DNA of 64,000 nucleotides from Spirochaetia bacterium (GCA_963662795.1 OY759746.1:2016001-2080000); one strand, 5' to 3'. Numbered from the stretch's first letter, positions 1 to 10,466 are shown. The notes: a model not told the origin generated them from the letters alone. Made by a program: numbers and translations.

Positions 1-918
1 ATGAAAAAAATAAGCAATGAAAAAGAATTGCAATTATTTATTTCGAAGAATCCTTGGTTAATAAACATTAATTATGAAAATGTTCCAGATTTAAAAAATA
101 ATGGAATAGAATATCAAGCTGGTGATCAAAAAAGAATTGACTTAATATTAAAAGATAAAATATCAAGTAGACCAGTAATTGTTGAATTTAAAATATCAAC
201 ATTTTATCGTGAAAATATTGGACAAATACTAGAATATAAAGCCCGGATTATTTCTCTTTTAAATAATGAAGAAAATGAATTAAGCAAATTGTTTAAATCT
301 TATATTTCAGTACCAATATTAGTGCTAATAGTAAAAGAATGTGATGATTTTTCAAGAATAGCTTGCAACATGGCAGGTATTAAAATATATGAATATAAAA
401 ATTTTTCAAAACAAATTAATACTCCAAAAAAGCTTAAAACTATAGAAAACTTGTCAGCATCTTATAGAAAATCAATAATTCCAATTACCTTTAATAGAGG
501 TGATGAAATTGAAAACCTAATCTATCGTAAAATTAAAAAAATATTAGAAAAATATAATTTATTAAATAAATGGATGGAACCAAGAGGAAATCAGTCTTAT
601 TATCTACCTCATTATTGCAATATATTTATTAATAGATGGATGTTTTCAGATGAAATAGTTTCAATAGGTCTATTTGAAGATATAGTTAATGATAATAAAG
701 TTGTTATAAGTTATTTTTGCACAGATAAAAATAAAATGAAAGATTTCGTAGAAAAATATAATTTGTACAATCATAGTAAAATATCTTGGGAATGGAATGA
801 ATCTAATGAAGGGATAATGGATATAAAGTATGATTTAAAATATTTTAAAGAAAATGTGACAACAATATTTGAAAAAGAATTAAAAACTTACTTAAAAATT
901 ATTAGTGAAATCAAATAA
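1..918 (+). CDS. PD-(D/E)XK nuclease-domain protein (NucS/DUF91-like N-terminus)
   Basis: E..LQ.FI..NP, RIDLILKD and VIVEFK motifs followed by GQI.EY. Confidence 0.6.
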   Translation: MKKISNEKELQLFISKNPWLININYENVPDLKNNGIEYQAGDQKRIDLILKDKISSRPVIVEFKISTFYRENIGQILEYKARIISLLNNEENELSKLFKSYISVPILVLIVKECDDFSRIACNMAGIKIYEYKNFSKQINTPKKLKTIENLSASYRKSIIPITFNRGDEIENLIYRKIKKILEKYNLLNKWMEPRGNQSYYLPHYCNIFINRWMFSDEIVSIGLFEDIVNDNKVVISYFCTDKNKMKDFVEKYNLYNHSKISWEWNESNEGIMDIKYDLKYFKENVTTIFEKELKTYLKIISEIK

Positions 919-939
919 TATTAACAATACTATTTTGGA

Positions 940-1232
940 GTCCGGCCTTGGCGTTGCCGTGCGGCCTGGACAAGAAGCGGCTGGTACTGGAGCATAACAG
1001 CGATTATTTCGCTGCGCTCCCGATGGTCGCTTGGGCTCCTGCCAGTTGAGCTGGCAGATCGCCATATTTTGTTTTCATAAAACTGGAAGAACATGTATTT
1101 TATGCTTTTTAAAGTTTAAAAAACTAAATAAAAGTATTTTAGAGTTTAGCCACAAAACATCGAATAATCGCGAGACGTTATCCACAATATCATCGCAAGA
1201 TGCGATCGCCCGGACCTCCGGCCCACGGGCGA
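940..1232 (+). repeat. Composite junction site S1 (arm class 10 | alpha core | arm class 1)
   Basis: Hairpin A, GCGGCTGGTACTGGAGCATAAC ... GTTATCCACAATATCATCG, hairpin B. Confidence 0.9.
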
Positions 1233-1293
1233 AGAGATTATTATTGCAAACAAAACAATTATACTTTTATAATAAAGAATAAAGGAAATAGAA

Positions 1294-2367
1294 ATGAATT
1301 ACAGTCCAAAGATTAAACTGATTTCAGATAAGAATGATTTAAATATAGTATCATTTATTGTTCTCATCCTTTCAGATATTTTTATAAGCATTATTTTATT
1401 TTATGGATTAAGCCAGCAAATTGAGCAGTTTACTGATGAATACAAGTATTTCCCGTATGAATACAGAAACATATTGATTGATAAAAACTGGGTAGAAAAC
1501 AATATAATTGAAAAGACAGCAGAGCATATACTATCAAGAAAAAGAGCTACCTATGAAAAAATAAATATTGAATATAAATTACATCCAAAATGTCAGGAAA
1601 TTGAAGATGTATTTAAAGAAATTGAAAATGACAATAATTTAGTACTTTCTCTAGAAGAATATGAAAGGCTGTCAAATAACTATTATACACTTAATAAAGC
1701 AGAAAAAGAATCTGAAGCAGGAGAAAGACTACAGGAGGAAATAGTTACTGCTGAGAAGCGGTTAAAAGAAGAACAAAAAATTAATAATCTTATTGAAACA
1801 GTTTTTAGGCTTCAGAAGTATGACTTTACGAAAGATATAATCAGATTCAGAAAAGTATTTGCTTTAAAAAGAACAATATTTGATTTTATTTTTCTCTTAC
1901 CTGTATTGGTTGGTTTTATATATTGGAACAGAAGAGCATTTAAAGCAGAATCATATATACAGGTAATTGTCAGCTCGCATTATATAATAGTTGCATTCTT
2001 ACCAATATTTTTTGAAATAATCCGCCTTGTAATTGAGGTTATTCCAAAAATATTATTGAAAACAATTTACGATTTTCTGCTAAAACTAAATTTAATAACA
2101 TTATGGTATTATGTAGTGCTCTTGCTCTCAGTATTTTTCATTATTTTTATTATATGGTTTTTACAGACAAAGATATTTACAAAAGAGAAATATAGTATAA
2201 AACAATATGAAAAGAGTAAATGCATTATTTGCAATACTCGAGTTGATTACTCAAATAATAATTGTCCGGCATGTGGAGCATTATTAAAAGTTAAATGCAA
2301 AAATTGTGGAAAGGAAACTATAAATAATCTTCCATACTGTATTAATTGCGGTAGTAAAAATATTTGA
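1294..2367 (+). CDS. Membrane protein with C-terminal double zinc ribbon (copy 1)
   Basis: About 4 hydrophobic segments; four CxxC motifs at the C-terminus. Confidence 0.75.
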   Translation: MNYSPKIKLISDKNDLNIVSFIVLILSDIFISIILFYGLSQQIEQFTDEYKYFPYEYRNILIDKNWVENNIIEKTAEHILSRKRATYEKINIEYKLHPKCQEIEDVFKEIENDNNLVLSLEEYERLSNNYYTLNKAEKESEAGERLQEEIVTAEKRLKEEQKINNLIETVFRLQKYDFTKDIIRFRKVFALKRTIFDFIFLLPVLVGFIYWNRRAFKAESYIQVIVSSHYIIVAFLPIFFEIIRLVIEVIPKILLKTIYDFLLKLNLITLWYYVVLLLSVFFIIFIIWFLQTKIFTKEKYSIKQYEKSKCIICNTRVDYSNNNCPACGALLKVKCKNCGKETINNLPYCINCGSKNI

Positions 2368-2393
2368 GAGAAACTGGGTGCCTTGAAAAAGAA

Positions 2394-2664
2394 GTCCGGC
2401 CTTGGCGGTGCCGTACGGCCTGGACAAGAAGCGATGATACTGGTGGATAACAGAGGATAATGCGCTTCGCTCCCTTTGGTCGCTTGGGCTTCGCCACACA
2501 TCGTAGGTTTTGAACTACAACATTTATAAACAACAAGTGTTGGGAGAAGAATATTGCAGCTTTGGTATATTCATTCTTGGGTTACGATGCGTCGCTTATC
2601 CTCGGGACGTTATCCACAATATCATCGCAAGATGAGATCGCCCGGACCTCCGGCCCACGGGCGA
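2394..2664 (+). repeat. Composite junction site S2 (1 | beta | 1)
   Basis: CGATGATACTGGTGGATAAC ... GTTATCCACAATATCATCG. Confidence 0.9.
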
Positions 2665-2725
2665 AGAGATTATTATTGCAAACAAAACAATTATACTTTT
2701 ATAATAAAGAATAAAGGAAATAGAA

Positions 2726-3799
2726 ATGAATTACAATCCAAAGATTAAACTGATTTCAGATAAGAATGATTTAAATATAGTATCATTTATTGTTCTCATC
2801 CTTTCAGACATTTTTATAAGCATTATTTTATTTTATGGATTAAGCCAGCAAATTGAGCAGTTTACTGATGAATACAAGTATTTCCCGTATGAATACAGAA
2901 ACATATTGATTGATAAAAACTGGGTAGAAAACAATATAATTGAAAAGACAGCAGAGCATATACTATCAAGAAAAAGAGCTACCTATGAAAAAATAAATAT
3001 TGAATATAAATTACATCCAAAATGTCAGGAAATTGAAGATGTACTTAAAGAAATTGAAAATGACAATAATTTAGTACTTTCTCTAGAAGAATATGAAAGG
3101 CTGTTAAATAACTATTATACACTTAATAAAGCAGAAAAAGAATCTGAAGCAGGAGAAAGACTACAGGAGGAAATAGTTACTGCTGAGAAGCGGTTAAAAG
3201 AAGAACAAAAAATTGATAACCTTATTGAAACAGTTTTTAGGCTTCAGAAGTATGACTTTACGAAAGATATAATCAGATTCAGAAAAGTATTTGCTTTAAA
3301 AAGAACAATATTTGATTTTGTTTTTCTCTTACCTGTATTGGTTGGTTTTATATATTGGAATAGAAGAGCATTTAAGACAGAATCATATATACAGGTAATT
3401 GTCAGCTCGCATTATATAATAGTTGCATTCTTACCAATATTTTTTGAAATAATCCGCCTTGTAATTGAGGTTATTCCAAAAATATTATTGAAAACAATTT
3501 ACGATTTTCTGCTAAAACTAAATTTAATAACATTATGGTATTATGTAGTGCTCTTGCTCTCAGTATTTTTCATTATTTTTATTATATGGTTTTTACAGAC
3601 AAAGATATTTACAAAAGAGAAATATAGTATAAAACAATATGAAAAGAGTAAATGCATTATTTGCAATACTCGAGTTGATTACTCAAATAATAATTGTCCG
3701 GCATGTGGAGCATTATTAAAAGTTAAATGCAAAAATTGTGGAAAGGAAACTATAAATAATCTTCCATACTGTATTAATTGCGGTAGTAAAAATATTTGA
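2726..3799 (+). CDS. Membrane protein with C-terminal double zinc ribbon (copy 2, tandem duplicate cassette)
   Basis: Near-identical to 1294-2367 with a few substitutions. Confidence 0.75.
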   Translation: MNYNPKIKLISDKNDLNIVSFIVLILSDIFISIILFYGLSQQIEQFTDEYKYFPYEYRNILIDKNWVENNIIEKTAEHILSRKRATYEKINIEYKLHPKCQEIEDVLKEIENDNNLVLSLEEYERLLNNYYTLNKAEKESEAGERLQEEIVTAEKRLKEEQKIDNLIETVFRLQKYDFTKDIIRFRKVFALKRTIFDFVFLLPVLVGFIYWNRRAFKTESYIQVIVSSHYIIVAFLPIFFEIIRLVIEVIPKILLKTIYDFLLKLNLITLWYYVVLLLSVFFIIFIIWFLQTKIFTKEKYSIKQYEKSKCIICNTRVDYSNNNCPACGALLKVKCKNCGKETINNLPYCINCGSKNI

Positions 3800-3825
3800 G
3801 AGAAACTGGGTGCCTTGAAAAAGAA

Positions 3826-4096
3826 GTCCGGCCTTGGCGGTGCCGTACGGCCTGGACAAGAAGCGATGATACTGGTGGATAACAGAGGATAATGCGCTTC
3901 GCTCCCTTTGGTCGCTTGGGCTTCGCCACACATCGTAGGTTTTGAACTACATTGTTTAGAAACAACAGGCTTTAAAAGAGACAAATTACAACTTTGGAAT
4001 ATTCATTCTTGGGCTACGATGCGTCGCTTATCCTCGGGACGTTATAAGCAATGTTCCCGCAAGAGGAAATCGCCCGGACCTCCGGCCGACGGGCGA
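3826..4096 (+). repeat. Composite junction site S3 (1 | beta | 2)
   Basis: Right arm GTTATAAGCAATGTTCCCG. Confidence 0.9.
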
Positions 4097-4197
4097 GAGA
4101 TTTAATACAATAAATGATTTTCTCTATTGCCAAAATATGATATAAATAAAAGTTCTGAAAGCTTAAATATTGTGCCATTAAATGCTAAAGGATTTCA

Positions 4198-4827
4198 ATG
4201 AATTATCAGCCTAATAATATTCAGTTTAATTATAATGGAACGGAAGAATTATTATTATCAGATTATAATGAGAATACAAAATATTCGGGCATAGATTTTG
4301 CCGAACAAAATAATTCAAATATTGCTTTTGAAAATTGTAATTTTAAATCTTGTAGATTTGATAGTTTAATGTTAGAAAATATAAAATATTCATCATGCCT
4401 ATTTGAAAAATGTGAAATTATTTTAACTAAATTCAAAAATAATACCCTAAACGGTGTTAAATTTCTGGATTGTAAAATAATAGGGATTAATTTTACGGAA
4501 TGTAATGATTTTGGATTATCGCTTGATTTTGAAGGATCAATTCTTGACAGTGTTGTAATATTTGGAAAAGCATTAAAAAAAACAAATATTATTAAATGCA
4601 AAATAAAGAATTCATATTTTACTGACACTGATTTTAGAGAATCAAATTTCTCTGAAACTTACTTTGAAAAAGTAATCTTTCATAACTGCAATTTAGAAAA
4701 AAGTGATTTTAGAACAGCTTCAGGTTATGAAATTGATCCAAAAGATAACAAAATAAAAAATAGTAAATATAGACTTCCGGAAGCTCAATCGTTCTTAGGA
4801 TTTTTAGGGATAAAAATAGACTTCTAG
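4198..4827 (+). CDS. Pentapeptide repeat protein
   Basis: Five-residue periodicity (FENCN FKSCR F..., FHNCN LEKSD FRTA). Confidence 0.85.
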   Translation: MNYQPNNIQFNYNGTEELLLSDYNENTKYSGIDFAEQNNSNIAFENCNFKSCRFDSLMLENIKYSSCLFEKCEIILTKFKNNTLNGVKFLDCKIIGINFTECNDFGLSLDFEGSILDSVVIFGKALKKTNIIKCKIKNSYFTDTDFRESNFSETYFEKVIFHNCNLEKSDFRTASGYEIDPKDNKIKNSKYRLPEAQSFLGFLGIKIDF

Positions 4828-4850
4828 TTGTGGATAAAAAAGGAGGTTGA

Positions 4851-5444
4851 ATGTTAATATGCAATTCATTTTGTCCTGATGTGGATCAAGTAAAACATTT
4901 TCAAAAAAATAAGATAGATAATGAAAATATCAAAATGATCATAATATCAGAATCAGTACCCAAAAATATAACGGATTATTTTGACGGGAAAGGAGTTCCT
5001 GCATTTATTAAGAATACAAATACTTTATTTAATCAAATCGGATATGATTATAAAACATATGATGACTATTTAAGTAATGGTATTTATTTAACAACGGCAA
5101 TAAAATGTATAAAAAAAGGATATTTAGTATCAATAAAAACAATAGAAGAATGTTCATATATTCTGGAAAAGGAAATAATGTCTTTTATTAATGTAAAAGT
5201 AATAATGCTGATGGGTGATTTTGCTATTAAATCTATAAATTACATATGGAAAAGAAAATATAAGCAAAAAGTATTACCAAACGGTGCGACTTATAAAATT
5301 AGAAATGAAAAATATATATATAATGGAGTAAGGTTTATACCTTCATATACACAAACAGGAGATAGTTTTGGTATTGAAAAAAGTAAAGTATTAATGATGA
5401 AAGAAGATCTAGAACAAGGAATGAAAATAATAAAAGAAAAATGA
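4851..5444 (+). CDS. Uracil-DNA glycosylase-like superfamily protein
   Basis: IIISESVP, YLTTAIKC and VIMLMGD motifs. Confidence 0.65.
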   Translation: MLICNSFCPDVDQVKHFQKNKIDNENIKMIIISESVPKNITDYFDGKGVPAFIKNTNTLFNQIGYDYKTYDDYLSNGIYLTTAIKCIKKGYLVSIKTIEECSYILEKEIMSFINVKVIMLMGDFAIKSINYIWKRKYKQKVLPNGATYKIRNEKYIYNGVRFIPSYTQTGDSFGIEKSKVLMMKEDLEQGMKIIKEK

Positions 5445-5491
5445 ACAGGAAATATATATAGGTATAGTGTAATTACCTAACAGTTTAAGAA

Positions 5492-5744
5492 GTCCAGCCT
5501 TGGCTCCGCCGAGCGGCTTGGACAAGAAGCGGGAACACTGCTTATAACAGCGAATGACCGGTTCCGGCTGTTTCTAAGGAAACAGCCTCCACTCAAATTG
5601 CCGAAATAATACATGTTAAGAATAATGGAATAGAGTATAAACTTTTGGAGTGAAAAACACCATCGGCAACTTCGGTCATTCGCGAGACGTTAGCAGCAAT
5701 ACGTCCCCAAGATGCAATCGCCCGGACCTCCGGCCCACGGGCGA
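5492..5744 (+). repeat. Composite junction site S4 (2 | gamma | 3)
   Basis: CGGGAACACTGCTTATAAC ... GTTAGCAGCAATACGTCCCC. Confidence 0.9.
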
Positions 5745-5844
5745 AAGATTTAAATATTTTTTAAAAAATAGTGAGATATATAATTAATAAACTGAGTGAT
5801 TTGTGAATATAAAATATAATGCATTGGAATAGTTAAAGTTTAGC

Positions 5845-6630
5845 ATGAAAAAGACTAGGAATAACGCAGAAGAATTTGCAAAAGAAATTATTGAGAGAGT
5901 ATTGAATAAAGAAGTTTTTATAAATGATGACAATACTCAACCAGGTATGTACGATTTGCGAATTGGTGAAATTGATGCTCCTGAATATGCAATAGAATGT
6001 ATTAGCTCTGCTGATCCAGTGTTTACAGAAACATGGAATGTTGGTCCTGCTAAAGGATCCTTTTATTGTAAAGTTCAAGGAGATTGGACAATAGAAATAG
6101 AAACTAATGCAATAATAAAAAGTATTAATAAAAAAATTGAGAAATTACTTCAAGAAATGGAAAATGCGAAAATATTCCAAATATCTACTAAAAAGCTTCA
6201 AAACTACTATTATGATGAAATATTAAAACGATTAAAAATATCATTTGTAAATTGTTATAGAAAAAATGGTACAGGGAAAATAATTCTTACAATGTCTGGA
6301 GGTGGTGGGGGAGTTGATTATAGAGGGAATTCAATTTCTCCATGGATTGAAGAATTTATAACAAAAGAAAAAAACAAAGATGTTATTGATAAATTACAAA
6401 AATCTAATGCAAAATATAGGCATATTTTTGTTTTTGTTGCCCTAACACAAAAAAAAGAGGATTGGGGAATAATCTCATATTTAACAGATGATTTTAAATA
6501 TCTTCCATCTGAAGTTCCTAAACTACCAGATTCAATAAATGGAATATGGATAATACCCATTTTGGGTAGTAGTAGTAATCAAGGTATTTATTATAATGGT
6601 CATAATTGGAATATTTTTAATATAAACTAA
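5845..6630 (+). CDS. Hypothetical protein, possible PD-(D/E)XK-like fold
   Basis: 261-aa ORF filling one cassette; AEE...YDL...AIEC pattern. Confidence 0.5.
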   Translation: MKKTRNNAEEFAKEIIERVLNKEVFINDDNTQPGMYDLRIGEIDAPEYAIECISSADPVFTETWNVGPAKGSFYCKVQGDWTIEIETNAIIKSINKKIEKLLQEMENAKIFQISTKKLQNYYYDEILKRLKISFVNCYRKNGTGKIILTMSGGGGGVDYRGNSISPWIEEFITKEKNKDVIDKLQKSNAKYRHIFVFVALTQKKEDWGIISYLTDDFKYLPSEVPKLPDSINGIWIIPILGSSSNQGIYYNGHNWNIFNIN

Positions 6631-6689
6631 ATGTAATACTTTAAATATACAGATTATTAATAAAAATAAATTTACGAGTATTCCAAAAA

Positions 6690-6943
6690 GTCCGGCCTTG
6701 GCGGTGCCGTGCGGCCTGGACAAGAAGGGACGTACTGCTGCTAACAGCGAATGACCGGTTCCGGCTGTTTCTAAGGAAACAGCCTCCACCCAAATTGCCG
6801 AAATAATACATGTCAAGAATAATGGAATAGAGTATAAACTTTTGGAGTTAAAAAAACACCATCGGCAACTTCGGTCATTCGCGAGACGTTATATGCAATA
6901 CGACCCCAAGAGGACGCCGCCCGGACCTCCGGCCCACGGGCGA
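6690..6943 (+). repeat. Composite junction site S5 (3 | gamma | 4)
   Basis: GGGACGTACTGCTGCTAAC ... GTTATATGCAATACGACCCC. Confidence 0.9.
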
Positions 6944-6958
6944 AGAAAATAGTATCTA

Positions 6959-7017
6959 CTGTATAATATACTTTATACACAAGATATATAGTTTTCTAGT
7001 TATTTAATATGTTATGT
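6959..7017 (+). promoter_or_regulatory. attI-like capture segment of carrier cassette 1
   Basis: CTGTATAATATACT...TTTCTAGTTATTTAATAT|GTTATGT; similarity to the other six copies ends at GTT. Confidence 0.7.
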
Positions 7018-7045
7018 CGACAAAAAATCAATAATGGAGTGTTAA

Positions 7046-8605
7046 ATGGTTAAAATCAATAAACTAATAATAGAAAATTTCAAAAAATTCCGTTATAGGC
7101 TTGATGTTGATTTTAACGATGAAATAAACATTTTTATCGGTGATAATGAATCTGGAAAAAGTACTATTTTAAAGGCTCTTGAATATGTTACAAGTGGAAA
7201 TAGATATAAAATAGAATCGGATGGTTTTGATAAGATAATAAATTTAGACTCTGTAAATGAATTTATGAAGTCCGAAAAAAAGTATAATGACTTACCAGTA
7301 GTATTTGTAGAAGTCTACCTAGATTCAAAAGATAATCCAGCCCTAAACGGCAAAAATAATCTTCTTAAAAAAGAATGTGATGGATTAAGACTAAAAATAT
7401 GTCCAGATGATGATTTGTCTAGTGCAATTAAATCTATTCTTGAAGAAAGTGATGGCATATTTCCATATGATTTTTATACTATCAAATTCAATACATTCCA
7501 AGGTGAAGGTTACACAGGTTACAAGAAGTATATTCAATCACTTTTAGTTGATAACAGTTTGATCGGTGATGAGACTGCAATAAAGCAGTATATAAAAGAT
7601 GTTTATTCTGGTTTTGTGTCTGAATCAGAGGATAATAGGAATGAAAGTAACTATAGAAAATTAAAGAAAAAATTCACAGATGACACATTAAGTGCTGTTA
7701 ATTCTAAAATTGAAGACTATTCTTTTGGTTTAAAACATGATCGAAAATCTAATTTGAAAACTGATTTATCAATATATGAAGATGAGATCAGCATAGATAA
7801 TAAAGGAAAAGGTCGCCAATGCTTCATAAAGACAGAATTTGCATTAATGAAAGATACTGGACATATAGATATTGTCCTTCTTGAAGAGCCAGAGAATCAT
7901 CTTAGTCACAATAATATGAATCTACTTATTGAAAAAATACTAATATCAAAATCAAGGCAATTATTTATTGCTACACATAGCAATGAAATCTGTTCTCGGC
8001 TGAACCTTCTGAATAGCCATCTAATAAATAGTAGTTCTGAAAAAACATTGAAGCTTAATAAAATAAATCCTGAAACTGCTGATTTTTTTATGAAAGCTCC
8101 AAATAATGATCTTCTAAGATATGTCACTTCAAATAAGGTAATTTTAGTTGAAGGAAACGCAGAATACATCCTTATGGATGAATTAGTGAAAATTGTTTCA
8201 GGAAAAACATCCAAAGAGAATGGATTCTCAATAATTTCTGTTGGAGGACTTAGTTTTAAAAGATATATGGAAATTGGAAATTATTTAAAAATAAAAACAG
8301 CAGTAATTAGAGATAATGATAGTGATTATAAAAAGCATTGTATAAATAATTATACCGATTCTGTTTCCAAAGAAACAAAAATTTTCTATACAACTGATAA
8401 TGATTTATATACTTTTGAAGTTTGTTTGTATAATGATAATAAAAAATTATGCAATGAGCTATTTAGTGCAGGCCGTAAATCATTATCAGTTAAAGAGTAT
8501 ATGTTACAAAACAAAGCTGAGTCAGCTTATCAATTACTCAAAAATGGTTCTATAATAAATGTCCCAGACTATATTTGCGCAGGAATAAAATGGATAATAG
8601 ACTGA
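7046..8605 (+). CDS. gajA: OLD-family ABC-ATPase/TOPRIM nuclease, Gabija GajA-like
   Basis: Walker A GDNESGKST, LLEEPENHL, TOPRIM ILVEG and RDND; directly upstream of a UvrD-like gene. Confidence 0.8.
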   Translation: MVKINKLIIENFKKFRYRLDVDFNDEINIFIGDNESGKSTILKALEYVTSGNRYKIESDGFDKIINLDSVNEFMKSEKKYNDLPVVFVEVYLDSKDNPALNGKNNLLKKECDGLRLKICPDDDLSSAIKSILEESDGIFPYDFYTIKFNTFQGEGYTGYKKYIQSLLVDNSLIGDETAIKQYIKDVYSGFVSESEDNRNESNYRKLKKKFTDDTLSAVNSKIEDYSFGLKHDRKSNLKTDLSIYEDEISIDNKGKGRQCFIKTEFALMKDTGHIDIVLLEEPENHLSHNNMNLLIEKILISKSRQLFIATHSNEICSRLNLLNSHLINSSSEKTLKLNKINPETADFFMKAPNNDLLRYVTSNKVILVEGNAEYILMDELVKIVSGKTSKENGFSIISVGGLSFKRYMEIGNYLKIKTAVIRDNDSDYKKHCINNYTDSVSKETKIFYTTDNDLYTFEVCLYNDNKKLCNELFSAGRKSLSVKEYMLQNKAESAYQLLKNGSIINVPDYICAGIKWIID

Positions 8606-9615
8606 TTCTTGCTGTCGCTGGAGCTGGAAAAACAACTTACATAATTAGAAAATTAACCCTTGAAAAAAGAGCCTTAATTATCACTTATACAAATAATAAT
8701 TTCGAAAATTTAAGAACATCGGTAATCGATAAATTTGGCTATATTCCACCCAATATTACAATTATGACTTATTTTTCTTTTATTCATTCATTTTGTTATT
8801 TACCTTATTTAAAAGATGAATGTAAAACAAATGGAATTTTCTTTAAGCCAAACATAAATCAATATGCGAAAGGACGATCTCGATACATTACAAATGGAGA
8901 CCGACTTTATTCTAATCGAATTTCTAAATTTATAATGGAAAAGGGAATTTTAAAAAATGTGATAGAAAGAATAGAAAGATATTTTGATTTACTATTTATT
9001 GATGAAATACAAGATTTTGCTGGAAATGATTTTAACTTTTTACTCAGTCTAAATACTTTGAAAATTCCTCAATTATATGTTGGTGACTTTTATCAGCATA
9101 CTTTTGATACGAGCAGAGATGGTATCGTAAATGGAACTCTTCATGATGATTTACAAAAATATAAAGAGTGGTATACAAAAATAGGATTTGATATTGACGA
9201 AGAAACATTATCAAGAAGCTATCGTTGCGGTCCTGTGATATGTGACTATATTTCAAGAAATTTAGGAATTAGCATAAAATCTCATAAACAAGATAAATCT
9301 TACATTAAGTTTACAAAAGATGAAGCAGATGTCAAAGAATTATTCTTAAACAATACTATTATAAAATTATTTTATCAGAAACATTATGCTTATAAAAAAT
9401 ATACAAGAAATTGGGGTGACTCAAAAGGAGAAAACCAGTATTTAGATATTTGTGTTGCATTGAATGATGGTACATATAAAAAATATTGCAGTTCTGAATT
9501 ACATAATTTACCAGAACAAACAAAAAATAAGTTATATGTTGCACTAACACGTGCAAATAGAAACGTATATATGGTTCCTGAGAAGGTTGTTAAAAAAATT
9601 GTGCAATCCAATTAG
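8590..9615 (+). CDS. gajB: Short UvrD-like helicase, Gabija GajB-like
   Basis: AVAGAGKTT, FIDEIQD, VGDFYQ, SYRC, LYVALTRA; overlaps the gajA stop. Confidence 0.8.
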   Translation: MDNRLILAVAGAGKTTYIIRKLTLEKRALIITYTNNNFENLRTSVIDKFGYIPPNITIMTYFSFIHSFCYLPYLKDECKTNGIFFKPNINQYAKGRSRYITNGDRLYSNRISKFIMEKGILKNVIERIERYFDLLFIDEIQDFAGNDFNFLLSLNTLKIPQLYVGDFYQHTFDTSRDGIVNGTLHDDLQKYKEWYTKIGFDIDEETLSRSYRCGPVICDYISRNLGISIKSHKQDKSYIKFTKDEADVKELFLNNTIIKLFYQKHYAYKKYTRNWGDSKGENQYLDICVALNDGTYKKYCSSELHNLPEQTKNKLYVALTRANRNVYMVPEKVVKKIVQSN

Positions 9616-9635
9616 TCTTTATCTTTTTTTGTAAG

Positions 9636-10310
9636 ATGGGGTATGTTCAATTGAGTGAATGGTTAAATAAAGCAAAAGAAAATCTCTTCAATTCCAGTGT
9701 AGAAAAAAATAACCTTCAAAAAGCAATAACTGAATGGAGCGTAACAGAAAATGTAATAGATTATCTTGAAGAGGTAGAATCATTTGAGGATTTTTATGCC
9801 AGTTGTGAACTATGTGAGCATCCAAATCTTAGATGGCATTTTGAAATACTGAATGAGTATACAAATAAATCTTTATGGGTAGGTTCAAAATGTATTTTGA
9901 AGTTTGGAATAAGGCTTCTTGATGAATATGGATCAGAGTACAATCATGAAGAGAAAGAAAAAAAGTTAAACTCCATAATTACTAGAAAAAGAAAGTCAAT
10001 TAAAGATGAAAAGTTACTGTCTATTTTAAGGAAATTATGGAATAGAGATACAGAATTCAGAAGCTATATTGAAAAATCGGTTAAATTTTTTAAAAAAAAT
10101 AACTCATTTACACCCAAACAAATTCTTACGATAGATTGGAGATTAAGTAAACATCACATTAAATTTGCTAAAGAAATATTCAAAGTTAGAATAAGAAATC
10201 AAAAAGAACGAGATGAAATATATAATTTAGAAGATTGGCAGAAGGAGAAATTGATTAAGTACTTAACTCATGATCAGATAGAAAAATATATGAAAGGAAT
10301 GCGGACATAA
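9636..10310 (+). CDS. Hypothetical Zn-binding protein, third gene of the Gabija-like cassette
   Basis: CELCEH...H...VGSKC motif; stop codon lies in the attC inverse core. Confidence 0.6.
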   Translation: MGYVQLSEWLNKAKENLFNSSVEKNNLQKAITEWSVTENVIDYLEEVESFEDFYASCELCEHPNLRWHFEILNEYTNKSLWVGSKCILKFGIRLLDEYGSEYNHEEKEKKLNSIITRKRKSIKDEKLLSILRKLWNRDTEFRSYIEKSVKFFKKNNSFTPKQILTIDWRLSKHHIKFAKEIFKVRIRNQKERDEIYNLEDWQKEKLIKYLTHDQIEKYMKGMRT

Positions 10311-10442
10311 CAAGAGATTTGGAGTAGTCAAAATTTATTGTCACGATTCTGGCTAAAGACGTTCGGCTGATAGCCTCACTCCAGAATCGTGACAATTCCG
10401 CGAAGACACGGAACAATTTTGCTACTCAAATCGTCGTTATAC
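10305..10442 (+). repeat. Canonical-type attC site
   Basis: ACATAAC ... GTTATAC, imperfect inverted repeat; inverse core matches GTTATGT at 7011. Confidence 0.8.
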
Positions 10443-10466
10443 TGGAATATTTAGAAAAGAGGAAAA

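Noticed and set aside
940-971. Hairpin A as group II intron domain V, or as a retron/DGR element
   Set aside because: The resemblance is limited to GCCGTRCGG; there is no GNRA-capped domain V geometry and no reverse transcriptase in the window.
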